Origin: the human T2T-CHM13v2.0 reference genome, Homo sapiens
Assembly (NCBI RefSeq): GCF_009914755.1
Contig: NC_060938.1
Length of the DNA: 64,000 nt
Direction: 5' to 3' (one strand)
Numbering within the stretch: the first letter of the stretch is position 1; each line of letters opens with the position of its first letter. The notes beneath the pieces were generated by a model. It worked only from the letters and a program-made list of their open reading frames with translations. It ran no database searches and was not told the DNA's origin. This document shows, piece after piece, positions 39,619 to 53,468 of this stretch. The position numbers and the translations under genes are program-made.

Positions 39619-41932
39619 AGTAACTGTTAAGTCCATTGATACTTTGTTTCTAAATGCTTGAACTGTTTATAGTGAAGATGTTAATATAAGGCACTCATTA
39701 CCAGTGCACTTGATATCAAAGATGAGATGCATGCTGAACTGATTGGAGAGAGCAATGGTTATTACTCAGCAGTCCTTAGAATCATCAAATTGAATAGAAA
39801 ATATGTTCACATATGATAAAGCGGTCAATTAGTGCTTTAGAAGCAAAGATTTTTTTTAAACATAAGATGTGTAGGAAGGGGCCTACGTTAAACAATTACA
39901 CAGATGAAAAATTTTCTTTTATGCCTTGATTTCCAAATTCTGCCACTCTTACTGGAAAGTAATGAAAGTAACAGATTAAATTGATAATGCCATGTCCCTG
40001 AGGATGAAGGGTGGAACACATTTAATTTTCTGTAAATGATATGAGGAAGGGCTGGTTCTTTCTGAAGTGCTTTGACTTGTCAAGCATTGTGCCAAATAAT
40101 TGACACCATTCTCCTTTTACCATTAGTAGCAATTCGAGATGGGGCAAAGACACTGCAACTAAACTGCTGAATGTAACAACCAGATTACTCCAAACTGATC
40201 CATTGTACTATTTTGCGGGGAGGGCTTAGACTTTTCTCTTTAAAAGTGAATTTTAACGAAATAGCCTTGCAGATGGGCTTATCTATAAGTTCTACAGGTT
40301 GGTTAAAATTTGTGGTGGGCCTTTAGTTAGCCGTTTACATTTTATTTGTTTTTTTTTTATAGGCTGTGAAGCTCAGGAAAAGGGTAGGCAGGTAAAATTT
40401 GTTTTTAATGAGTTGATACTTTTTAGAAACCTTATCTGCAAAAATTAATGAGAACAACAAATTCCACATGATGTTATTTCTTCATCTAGCTAAGAGTACA
40501 TTTAAGGCTGCCTGGATGAAACTTTGCACTGATTTTTGTATAATAGTTGATCATTCACTATTTGACAAATTGTTTCAGAATGCCTTTGGTGGTGAAGTTT
40601 AGATAAGTCCCTATGTTTTGCAATTTTACAGATAATTATTTAACAAGTTGGATAGATTCATGAAATTGTTTGAAGTGGTTCATACTGTTCTTTCAGGTTT
40701 GAGTGAGATGTCAGATTTCAGTGTCTGAAGTTTTGTCCTATGGAGCATATCATTTAAAGAATTGTCATTAACTGATAAAACAGATTGGAAAAACTAGGTG
40801 CCAAAGGTGTATTTAAGAAAATACCAAAGACTCAAAGATGAGTGTTAGGAAGACTATGATAATGAAGATAAGAATCTAAAGTAAGGATTGCATAGGACAT
40901 AGAAGAACATTGTTAAAGGGGTTTGGAATGATTTGCTTACTAATGTACTTTCAGAACACTTTATACATAATAATGGTAATCAAGGGCACTGCTTTAAATG
41001 AAGATACTACAGACCTTTAGGAATCATATGCCTTGGAAAACAATCTATGTATGGTGACTTGTCAACAAAGTATCTTCCCTAGTTGGATGCCAACTTGTAA
41101 CCAAGAAGACTTTCTTCTATTCAAGAGAAATTTGGTTTTAGTTTTGATTTAATACTTGGTCCCTCTAATTAATCACTGGGGTGATTAACATGAATTCTGT
41201 TGGTATAAAGAGTATTGGTTCCCTAATTAGCCTGCATTGTTGAAGACCACATAGATGTATTACTGATAAGACTATGAGGCTCATGTTTAATTACTCAATC
41301 AAAATTAGGAAGAAATGCTTTGGAAGAAACTAAAAAATTACAATTTAGGTTAATTTTTAAAGGCAATTTAGTATACATGATGAGCTAGCTTTGAAATACA
41401 GATTTAAATGTTTAAAAATTAATTTGAGGGCAAGATTTGGTACCAAAGTTTCAAAAATTTTATTTCACTGCTTATAAAATACTTTATCAGAACACTTATT
41501 TTAAAAAATAACATCTTATTTGAAAAACTCCAAATTTGATGGGATAGTTACACCATCATACAATTTCAAAGGTAGTATTAGCTTTCTAATACTTTAAAAT
41601 ATTTTCTGAAATGAACATTTCACTTGGTTTAGGACCGTGTCTGTAAGTAAAAGACACCAATGCTAATAGATATGACTTACAAAAATGCCACATATCGAAA
41701 TTGATTGAGGATTGAAATATATATACTTTGGCATTGAGAAGAGAGGAAGAGAAAAAAATAAAAAAAGTGTGACATTGTAATATTTATTGTATTTAATAAA
41801 TCTTGAAGAAAGAACTCTTGAGCAATGAACCAGTGACAGATATAAAAGCCTGTTTTATTTGATGACATCATTAACTGAGTTTTCTCATCTATACATTCAT
41901 ACATCGAGAAGGAACTGTCTTAAAAACCAGTG

Positions 41933-42074
41933 TTTCTTTTTTTTTTTAAGTTCTAGCGTACATGTGCAGAATGTGCAGGTTTGTTATATAGGTATACACG
42001 TGCCATGGTGGTTTGCTGCACCCATCAACCTGTCATCTACATTAGGTATTTCTCCTAATGCTATCCCTCCCCAG
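41933..42074 (-). mobile_element. Short 5'-truncated L1PA 3' end
   Basis: T-run then TACATGTGCAGAATGTGCAGGTTTGTTA..GGTGGTTTGCTGCACCCATCAAC..TCTCCTAATGCTATCCCTCCCC; CCAGTG occurs at both ends. Confidence 0.88.
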
Positions 42075-44242
42075 TGATATTTGTTAATATGCTTTTTTAA
42101 AAAAGTGTCTGCCTTGAAACAGGTAATTAAAAAATATCTCCTAGGGCATTTAATTATTTTTCCCAATAAACAACTCATAGATAACGGGTTGACTAATGTT
42201 ATCTTTATTTAGAAAATTTGTATGTAAACTGTGTAAACTTGTCTGAGTTAACCAATAGACTACCGGGGTTTTAGCATGGTAAACTGATATACAGGGAGAC
42301 CCAAATACAGGCTTGCTTTGCTGACTACCCAGCGTGCTTTATTACAGGAGATGCAAAAGGTGGAAGACCAGTTACACCTTTTTTTTTTTTTTTTTTAAAA
42401 CCTGGACATCCTTTCTCTGGTGACAAGAGCCATCCTTATGGTAAGGAAGGTGAGATAGAAAATGGAGAACCTTTGGTAATGTTGATCTTTCTTGTGGGTG
42501 TCCACCTAGCCTAAAAGCCAAGTGAAGAAGAACATAAAAAAGCAGAAGAGGAAAAATGAAGAAAAGAGGAAAAAGAGGGTGGGGCCAGAGAAATAAAGAG
42601 TAGGATTAGTAAGTGAAAGAAAAAGTTGCTTTGTTGTGTGGGGGGGGTGTTCTTGCTTGCTATACTCAATTTTGCTTTCCCGTGTCTGCTGTACACAAAA
42701 CACCTGATCTCTGCAATGTATTGCTCCTTTCTTTCATTCACCTGTGATGCATAAGACTAGATTATTTTCGGCATATCTACTGTTTGCAAAGTGTTACTAC
42801 TGAAAAATATCCCTGAAACTGAGCTCTTTGGGTGGATAAGCAAAGGAAAAATAGAAAATAATTAAGGTAAGGGAAAGGCTAAAGGATAAGCCTGTGTATA
42901 AATGGGAAATGGATAAGCTCAAATGCATTATCTGGTTTCAATGTAACACCCAAGATTTAACAAACTCAGTGCTAGAAGACTTGAAAATAAGTGTAATTTA
43001 CCACCATCTATTGAGCAGCTATTATGAGCCAGGCACTGTGCTAGGGCTGGGGATACATAAGTGAATAATGCACAGTCCCAGAACTCAGATTATTTGGTTT
43101 TGTTTTACCAAATCCAAATGCAGTACCTGCATTTCTCTTTTCCAAACTGAGATGGCTATCAAACATGTCTTTCAGAAAGTGTTTGCAGGTGAGAAGATGC
43201 GCAAGGTGAAGGAAAGTTTTCCTGACCCAGATCTTAGAAGGAAAGGAGAGGATACATTTTGCTTTGTGGCATATTTATTGTGGGCAAAAAGCTACTATTG
43301 CCTAAGGGAAGTACGGCTGACCTTAGCCCATCCCTGGGGCATATCTTGTGCGTGTGGTGGGGAGACAAATCAGGTAGGGAACAATTCCTTCTCGCCTTAC
43401 CTCTCTAGCTTCCATGTTCTTTTATGGAACAAATCAGATTAATACTAATGTTAAGGAGAGCCTTAAAGGAGAAAGAGAATCAATAAATCACAGCCTGAAA
43501 GTTGTGTATGTTGTGTGCAAGCTCAGAGGGGCAGTCTTCTTCAATTTGCCTTGTGCTGGTGAATTGCTTGAATGAACTTCGGTATTTCTTAACACCAGGT
43601 ACTGGAGCCCACCTTCTTTCTCTCCCTCTGGTTTCCTCTTTAAATCACAACCTGACCCCAGTCTTTATAGTCCATTGTAAGTGGAAGTTATAGCTCTATT
43701 CTTCACCCACACCTTGCTCCCTATCATTGATACTTAGAAGAAAGTAACAATTTGCAGTACTGGCTGAACTCCTTTGGGAAAGTTTCTGGAGTGTATCAAA
43801 TAAGAATTCATCATAGTAACATGGTCGTTACTGGCTGAACAAAATTCTTTTTGAGACTATTGTACTTAGTCATTAAATAATTGTTTACTAAGGCAATTTT
43901 CATGTTTCTAGAATTCAGTGTAATAGTTAACAGCTGTATATGTCTCACAAAAGAAACTACTTAGGTTGGAAACAATGGAAGGTTGTGTATAATTAATTCA
44001 ATCAGGTCATGAATATTTATGTAACATATGGCATTTTAATTTATATGTTCCCATTCTCATACTTCATTACTATACAGCAGCAACAAGATAAATTTCAGGT
44101 TTTTTGTTTTTTTATTAAGTGGGCCATGTCTAAAAGTTGTTACGTTCCTGGTTGAATATTATGGACAAAATTTCCCCATTAAAGTAGTTTTGTCTTTCTC
44201 AAGGATTATCCTTTAGGGTTGGGTGGATTAAAAACATTACAT

Positions 44243-44395
44243 TAGTGCTTCTTGAGCATACAAGTCACTAGGGATCTTGTGAAAATACAGATTCCTTTTA
44301 GTAGGTTTGGGATGAGGAATGAAGGTCTTCATCTCTCAAATCTCCCAGGTGATGTGGATGCTGCCAGTCCATCGACCACACTTTGAGTTGGGAGA
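44243..44395. mobile_element. MER5-family DNA transposon fragment
   Basis: GATCTTGTGAAAATACAGATTCC..CTCCCAGGTGATGTGGATGCTGCCAGTCCATCGACCACACTTTGAGT. Confidence 0.65.
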
Positions 44396-45760
44396 TTCTA
44401 CATCTTTTGAGAAATATCCACACTGAAGCCTATACTCTTAAACTTTCAAAGACTCTGTGTTCATGTCTGTGTTCTGCAAGAATTTTTTCTTTTAAGAAAT
44501 AAACTGCATAAAGTAAAATCAGAAAACCATAACACTGGTTTTCCAAATTTGCCACAAATACTGTAATACTCTGTAGAGTAAAATGCAAAGATTATTCCTG
44601 TTACAAGTTTTCTCTGTATCAAGTGCAGGAAAGGAACATGGGTAGAGTCTTGTACCATTCTTATCAGTCAGGAGATGACACGTGGTAAATTTCTCTTCTT
44701 GATTTTCCTCTTGATTATACTCACATAAGGGAGCTCCATTTGGTAACAAAGATGAAATTCTGTTCACAGTTAACAAGAATTTAGCAACTTCTTGCTTGGC
44801 AAAATCTGAGACAACCTTACAAAAACATCCTACATTAAATTCAGAATTTTGGGTAGCTGCATAAGCTGAAGATTATGGAAAACCTGAGCTGAAAATGGCA
44901 CCTGGATCTGTAACTTCTTGTCTTGAACTCTTTTTTGAGCTTTATTCTGTGAGAGATCTTCCCCTACAGTGATTTTTTCTGTTTCTCCTCAGTCGCTGGG
45001 GTCTCAGTAAGGGGTGGAGGATTGGTGTAAATGAGACAGTCACATAAATTGTCTAATTTGAGCATGCCAAGTGATTTTTGTCAGCCTCTTTTGGTCATAA
45101 AATTTTGGTATAGCTATTGTGAAATATAGTGTCATAAATTTGTCATAAGCCATTAATGAAGGAAGAGAAGCAGAAATTTATTTCTGTGGGAATGCACTCA
45201 AATATCAAGCAGATGGTGTTCTACAACATTTATTTGGGAAAATGTGTATCTGTTACATAATCTGAAATATGTCTTTTTCACATTTAAAAATATTTGGGTC
45301 ATGATTTAGAGTTTTTATTGGATTGTTTTTTAAACTGAGAGGAAGAAGAAAGGTAATTGTATTTTAAAACATTTGACATGTTACTAATAAAATTTTATTT
45401 CTGGTGAAATATAGGTGCCTTTGTTAAGTAGGGGAGGTGGGATCATGAACATCTGGCAGCTGCTGCATGTCCCTTTTTTCCAGAGGCATCGTTTTAAAGT
45501 CAAATGCTTATTTTCTTTCAGCAGTTTGTTTTCAGCACAGTTTGCTTAAGGATTTAGAAGATATTCCCAGTCTCCTGGCACAGTTTCTTCACTGAGTGAC
45601 CCTGAAATGGTTTTAAGATAGTGCAAGTCATTAAAAAGACACAACAGAACTGACTCCATTTAGGCATTATTTAAACATAACAACTATAAATCTCAGGGTG
45701 AAAGATAGCTCCTCTACCCAGTGAACAGCAGTGGGTGTGTGCATCATTCTCCATGATTCC

Positions 45761-45843
45761 TTAGGTGAACTGGGCATTAGATGAACTTGGATTCATTGGG
45801 TGAACTGGGCATTAGATGAACTTGGATTCATTAGGTGAACTGG
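45761..45843. repeat. 35-bp tandem repeat, about 2.4 copies
   Basis: Unit TTAGGTGAACTGGGCATTAGATGAACTTGGATTCA starts at 45761, 45796 (one mismatch) and 45831 (partial). Confidence 0.9.
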
Positions 45844-46010
45844 CATGCACCAGAGACATAGCGTCCCTCTTTTTCTAGCAGGAGCTAGTGTTTGTTATCA
45901 GCTTTGCAAACTGATGATCGTAGGGGCCCCTACAAAACGCTGACTCATGTGGGGCATCAGTGCCCATGTAGGTGTTTCAAAGCAAATAACCTTTTTCTGT
46001 GTATATCCAG

Positions 46011-48314
46011 CGTTTTAGTCTGTTCTCTCACTGCTAATAAAGACATACCTGAGACTGGGTAATTTATAAAGGAAAGAAGTTTAGTGGACTCACAGTTTCA
46101 CATGGCTGGGGAGGCTTCACAATCATGGCAGAAGGCAAATGGGGAGCAAAGTCATGTCTTACATGGCAGCAGGCAAGAGAGCCTGTGCAGGGGAACTCTT
46201 ATTTACAAAACCATCAGATAGCATGAGATTTATTCACTACCATAAGAACAGTATGGGGGAAACCTCCCCCCCCTCCCCGATTCCATCATCTTCACCTGGC
46301 CCTATGCTTGACATGTGGGGATTATTACAATTCAAGGTGAGTTTTGGGTGGAAACGTGGCCAAGCCATTCTACCCCTGGCCCTTCTCAAATCTCACGTCC
46401 TCACATTGCAAAACCAATCATGCCTTCCCAACAGTCCCCCAAAGTTTTAACTCATTTCAGCATTATCTTGAAAGTCTACAGTCAAAAGTTTCCCCCGAGA
46501 CAAGGCAAGTCTCTTCTGCCTATAAGTCTGTAAAATCACAAGCAAGTTAGGTACTTCCTAATACAGTGGGGATATGGGTATTGGGTAAATACAGCCATTC
46601 CAAATAGGATAAATTGGCCAAAACGAAGGGGCTACAGGCCCCATGCAAGTCCAAAATCCAGCAGGGCTGTCAAATCTTAAGGGTCCAAAATGATCTCCTT
46701 TGACTCCATGTCTCACATCCAGGTCATGCTGATGCAAGAGGTAGGTTCCCATGGTCTTGGGCAGCTCCACCCCTGTGGCTTTGCAGGGTACAGCCTCCCT
46801 CTCAGCTGTTTTCATGGGCTGCCATTGAGTGTCTGTGGCTTTTGCAGGCACACGGTGTAAGCTATTGGTGGATCTATTATTCTGGGTTCTGGAGGACAGT
46901 GGCCTTCTTCTCACAGCTCCACTAGGCAGTGCCCCAGTGGGAACTCTGTTTGGGGGATCCAACCCCACATTTCCCTTCTTGACTGCCCTAGCAGAGGTTC
47001 TCCATGAGGGCCCCGCCCCTGCAGATTTCTTTCTGGACATCCAGGAGTTGCCACATCTCCTCTGAAATCTAGGCAGAGGTTACCAAACCTCAATTGTTGA
47101 CTTCTGTGCACCCACAGGCTCAACACCGTGTGGAAACCACCAATGCTTGGGGCTTGCACCCTCTGAAGCAATGGCCTGTGCTCTACATTGGCCCTTTTTA
47201 GCCATGGCTGGGATGCAGAGCACCAACTCCCAAGACTGCACAAAGCAGCAAGGCCCTGGGCCTGGCACACAAAACCATTTTTAATTCCTAGGCCTCCAGA
47301 CCTGTGATGGGAGGGGCTGCTGTGAAGACCTCTGACATGCCCTGGAGGCATTTTCTCCATTGTTTTGGTGATTAACATTTTACTTCTCGTTACTTATGCA
47401 GCCAGGTTGAATTGTTCCTCAGAAAATGGGTTTTTCTTTTCTATCACATCATCAGGCTGCAAATTTTCTAAACTTTTATGCTCTGCTTCCCTTTTAGACA
47501 TAAGTTCCGATTCCAAACCACTTCTCTGTGAATACATAAAACTGAATGCTTTTAAGAGCACCCAAGTCAAATCTTGATCGCTGTGCTGCTTAGAAAATTT
47601 CTTCTGCCAGATGCCTTAAATCGTCTCTCTCAAGTTCAAGGTTCCACAGATCTCTAGGGCAGGGGCAAAATGCTGTCAGTCTCTTTGTAAAACATAGCAA
47701 AAGTCACCTTTATTCCAGTTCCCAACAAATTCCTTATTTCCATCTGAGACCACCTCAGCCTGGACCTTATTGTCCATATCACTATCAGCATTTTCTTCAA
47801 AGCCATTCAACAAGTCTCTAGGAAGTTCCAAACTTTCTCACATTTTCCTGTCTTCTTCTGTGCCCTCCAAACTGTTCCAACCTCTGCCTGTTACCCAGTT
47901 CCAAATTCACTTCCACATTATCAGGTATCTTTACAGCAGTGCCCCACGACCCAGTACCAATTTACTGTGTTAGTTCATTCTCACACTACCATACCCAAGA
48001 CTGAGTAATTTATAAAGGAAAGAGGTTTAATGGATTCACAGTTCCACATGGATGAGGAGGCCTCACAATCGTGGTGGAAGGCAAAGGAGAAGCAAAGACA
48101 CATCTTATATGGTGGCAGGCAAGAGAGCTTGTGCAGGGGAACTCCCACTTATAAAACGATCAGATCTTGTAAGACTTATTCACTATCAGGAGAACAATAT
48201 GGGGGAAACTGCCCCCATGATTTAGTTATCTCCACCTGGCCCTACACTTGACATGTGGGGATTATTACAATTCAAGGCGAGATTTGGGTGGGGACACAGA
48301 GCAAAACCATATCA
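46011..48314 (-). mobile_element. Full-length MaLR element (THE1D-like): LTR, internal region, LTR
   Basis: Two similar LTRs (about 46011-46370 and 47967-48314) flank about 1.6 kb of THE1-internal sequence; TSD tccag/tctag. Confidence 0.9.
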
Positions 48315-48699
48315 TCTAGCAAGACAAAGTCTTGATTAAATGTACAGTTATTTGAGCAACCCAGTTATTTCAGTTTATATGAACAACTGACTCATATAAA
48401 TGACAGACTATCACGTATGTGTTAGTAGAAACTTAAACACATCCAAGACAGTAACATACACATCCAAGACAGTAACATAAAGAGCTGATCAGTACTTTCC
48501 AGCAGTAAAGAATCAATCTTATATATTATATTATGTAAGTGCCTTGGATAGTGCCTGGAGCATATCTGGTAGTAATAAATGGCACTGTCCAAGTGACTCT
48601 TAGTTTATTTTTTAAAGAAATGTGTTTTTTTTCCATTGGTGTTCTACTTTAAAGTTTAAAAGTAGGTTGATATAATTTTCTTTCATATTGAAATTTGTA

Positions 48700-49166
<467 letters not shown>

Positions 49167-51905
49167 TCAAGGTGTTTCTTTCAATAACCTTGGAATCTGC
49201 ATGAGAATTTCAAGCCACATTGAGAAGCTTAAATATAGCGGAATTTGTGAGTTGATAGTTTTAACCTCAAAACGAAGATCCACCACAAAAAAATTTCTGT
49301 TTTTATTTCCCAACACTACTCCCCAACCTTATTCTAGCTTATTCCTGGCCCACTGCTTCTGTTTCAGACCTGATTGCTGTCACTGAAATTATATATTAAT
49401 GGTAAACTCTACCAGGACAAATCTTTCAAAGGCTTTGGTTAAATCACCCCAGTCGTTTCTTCACATTTTACTTGTTTTCTTACAATTCCTCTGTGTGTTC
49501 CATACAGTGAGACTCACTACCAAACATTTACTTATCTGAAAGGTATTCATACTGTTGCCTCATGGATTTTATAATTAGAAGTGTTTACAAACAGTTCTAT
49601 GTAAACTCAAATTATACAGAATTATTACTCCCCTCAATGCAAAAGAAGAGATATTAAATTATTATTAGTTCATACGTACAAGTAGAATACAGCACCACTT
49701 TGATCAATTATGGTCATAGTATTTCTATAGTTTATGAAGAAGCCAAATACAGAAGTTTTATCTGTATGTCTGATATTCCCTCCACTTTCTTTTTATCAGT
49801 TTGTGAAAAAAAGGGTACAATTCTTTAATTATCTAATTAAAATACTTCATGCTCACCTGACCTCATTGGCAGGAGGAAAGACTGGACATCTTTCTCCTGG
49901 GAGAGCTTACCCCAAGGTTCTCCAGGGCCATGTCCACTGGTCACTAGCCAGCTGCATCTTGTCAGGAGAGAGCAGGACTGCTTAAGGTGTCTAATCTTGC
50001 CAACTAGAGGCTGCTGGGGCTCAAGTAGCAAAGTGATGTCACCATGGAAACCAAGCCCTTCCAGGGCAGGCCTTACTACTACTTGTGGTTACCGTGAATA
50101 GGGAAACTGTCTTCTTACAATGGAACCTTATCCTGATTGCCCTATTTTTATAAAACACACATAGACTAAACTCCTTTTCATGTCATACTCCCCAAGGAAA
50201 TTATCTCTGTGGATACTAAATAATTAAGAGGCCCAAATAAACTAGAAACTGTTGTCTCTGTTTAGCTTTCAAAATGAGCCAACTGCAAAAACTCTTCACT
50301 CTGTTGTAGTTGATAGGCCATTAGGAACTGGAAAACAAGCAAAACCCAAAACACTAAGTAGTTCACTGTCTCTGGTTTGTATTATGTCCACTTTCCCGGA
50401 TCCCTGCATGATTGAATGGAATGGAATTGATGTAGTCAGCATTGATGGAGAGAGTTTTCTGCCTGGGGATAAGAAGCAGTCAAGTCGTGGGGAGGCAGAA
50501 GCATGGAAGCAACCTGGACAGTGGGAACAAATGCACCAGGGAATTAAATATTTATTCCTATATTTAGAGGAAAAGAACCCTAGGCATGGGACCAAAACTT
50601 CGACAGTGCTGTTTTTCCTTCTTTGAATTTGCTCTAAGGGTGTGAGTGTCTTTCAGACAGATGGCTGAAATGATTGCTACCATCACTTGCATATTGCACA
50701 ATGAATTTAGTTTCATGGATTTGGTTTTATCTAAAGAAACTTTTATATTATTTTTACATACCACTGGCCTACTGATTTACAAACTTGTATCCTATTACCC
50801 TGGAACAAAGACCCAGTAATTGTCCTGGTTATAGAATGAGACATCATCTGGGAGAATATAAGGGATATCCTCAGCCAAAAACAAGATTATAGTATTGGAA
50901 AAAATGCTCCTGGAGATGGTGAGGATGCACACATTATAATATGACAGCCCTTCAGTAATGATGCCAGGCTTCTCTCTCCTATGCAGCAGTTTCCAAAACA
51001 ATGCTGCCTGAAAACACATCTCCAAAAGAGAGTCTGTAGGCTAGCTTTTTGGGTTTTAACCTTAACTTCCCATTTAAGCTCACAGAAAAAAAAATATGAC
51101 ATTAAATCTCCCTGCCTTTATGGGTACTTACTGTTGCCTGAATGATGGAAAGCTCTTTCGAAAAGATGGTTTTCTGCACTTTTGCTTTTCTTCACCAATG
51201 GGTCTCAGAGATTGGCTTCTCTTACGTATCTATTTGTAGATTCAAGGAACCAGTTGACTGTTGCCTGGGATACTGAGATTTTAAAGATTCCATCCTGGCT
51301 CGCAACAGGCTAAAAATTAGAAGGGATAAGAAAAATATACACAAAATAGATTTGCCTAAGTTGCATGAGAAATACAGAATCGTGCAATAAAATAATGAAG
51401 AGATTCTATTTAGTTGGGAAAAACAGGCAAGCATTAATGAAAAAGTAGAGTTCAGCAACAACTTTGAAGAAAGAGTAAAATTTTAATAGGCAGAGAGGGG
51501 AGCCAATGACCAAAGTGAAAGGGTTGGAAAAGTAGGGATACGATGGGGGAACAATCTGTAGTCTGGATTAATTGTAGGAGACTTGTGTTAGAGAGGGGCA
51601 AAGAAAAGTGATGCCCTAAAATAATCAGGGCACTTTTTGTGGAAGGCTTTGAACACCAGTGTGAGGCATCTGAATCCTCTTTGGTAGGCGACTGGGAGCC
51701 ATTGATGGTGTTTTTGATAGCACTTTGGAGAGGTTGGTCTTACATGTGTTGAATAGAAATGGCAAAATAGTTATGAGAGACATTACGGAGACACACTAAA
51801 CGCTTGGAGATGGAGGGTGAGGGAACAAGAGTGAAGAGTCACTTTTCAGATGCAGACAGACCTGCATTTTCTATGTAACAAAGACCCAGTAATGTAGCAA
51901 CTGGC

Positions 51906-52160
51906 CGCTTGAACTGTGGATGGTCTAAATTGAGATGTACTGTAATTGTAAAATATACTCTGGATTTCTAAGGTTTTTATATTGAAGAATGTAAATATCA
52001 CATTGCTTACATGTTGAAATGCTAATATTTAGTTCATACAGCATTACATAAAATATATTTAAAATTAACTTAACCTGTTTCTTTAAAAATGTTTAGTGTG
52101 GACACTAGAAAATTTAAAATTATGTATGTGGCTCACATTGTATTTCTATTTGGATGGCGG
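51906..52160. mobile_element. MER33-like hAT-Charlie DNA transposon
   Basis: AATTGAGATGTACTGTAATTGTAAAATATAC..TTACATGTTGAAATG..ACTAGAAAATTTAAAATTATGTATGTGGCTCACATTGTATTTCTATT. Confidence 0.75.
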
Positions 52161-53468
52161 TCGTTTAGATTTCGGACAAATGGAACAACGGTCGGCCACT
52201 TACAGACAAAGAAAAAGAAGAACATGAGGTAGGGAGAGGGATCATCAACTTAGTGTTTCATATTTTAGCTTGGAGTGAAACATTCAAGTGGAACGTCAAT
52301 AAAGCAGCTGAAAATATAAGTCTGGGATTAGGAGGGAATTGAGTGGGAGAAGCAGTTAGAAAGCCAGTTGCTAAATCTTCTAGAACTACTGATAATTACT
52401 CAAAAATACTATATCATTATGATTCTCTGACAAATAATTTCTTTGGGCATGCTCCTTAAAATTCCATATGGTATATATGGACCTCCTTGACCTTCCATGT
52501 GGGCCTTCTCCTTACAAAATTCTCTCTAGTTTCCAGTGCCCATAGATATGGATGACTTACAAGGTGCCAAAGACTTGTAATGGAGTGAGAGATGATGGTG
52601 TGGGGTGCAGGCTGCTGCCACAATTGTGAACAAACTGGTCCCTAGGGGTTGGTGACGTGAGTGAATATTGACACTCAGAACAACCACAACTGTTTTGCAG
52701 TGCTCAGGAGGGAACAACAGAAGCAGTCTTTGCTCTTCACGATTTTATAATCTGATTTGTGGACATAAAACACCATCAGACAGTGGGATTTTTCTTTTTC
52801 GATCCCAGTGTCTAGAACTGTATGACCAGCAATTTAAACGCTCCATTCATTTTTGGTCCAATTCTAATGTCATTTTTTTTTCCATTAAATGTCTTGTACT
52901 CTTCCAACTGGATATACTCTTTTTTTCATTTGGGCCCTTATAGCATTTTGTATCTCTCTCTCTCTCTTTTTCATTGTCTGCCTTGTGTTGAATTATTTCA
53001 TTACATACCTCTCCTCTCCCCTAGACTATATGGCCCTTGGATATGGAGGCCACATATTATCTTGATCTTTCCTGATAATTTGTCTTTAATTCATTCAGCC
53101 AGTGCTATGCTGAATGAACAAAAATTAAAATAGCTACCATTTGTTCAGCATTTACTATATGTGAGGTTTTGTAAGTGTTTAATTGACTTCTCACCAACCA
53201 TAAAAGTTACATTTTATTATTTTCAAATTTATAGTGAAGAAAACTGAGGTACAAAGAATTTAAGAAACTAGTCCAGCGCTGTCCAGCTGGTCGGTGGTAG
53301 AGCCAAAATTAGAACTCCTGTAGCCTGACTGCTGAGCCTTCACTGTGAGACAGTGTATTGTTGTGCTTAGGAAAATGGTTTTTGAGTAAGATGGACCCAG
53401 CTTCAAGCCTTAATACCACTACCTATACCTGTAGGACTTTGGGAAAGTTCCTGTCTAAGCTTCTTTAA

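Larger units (their letters stand above)
28580..45410 (+). ncRNA. LINC00643: Transcription unit at the position of lncRNA LINC00643; it hosts the SERTAD4-like exons
   Basis: CpG-island exon with donors, internal GT-AG exons, and a repeat-poor terminal region with AATAAA at 41795-41800 and 45386-45391. The name is recalled from gene order downstream of SYT16; both ends are approximate. Confidence 0.6.

Noticed and set aside
39523-40830. miR-124 8mer (39523-39530) and miR-9 8mer (40823-40830)
   Set aside because: Single seed matches are expected by chance without conservation data.
46139-48251. Cluster of ORFs up to 160 aa
   Set aside because: All lie within the THE1 element and have no cellular-protein features.
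50252-50626. 124-aa ORF (and the similar-length ORF at 43068-43442)
   Set aside because: No recognisable domain or supporting exon structure; length is compatible with chance.
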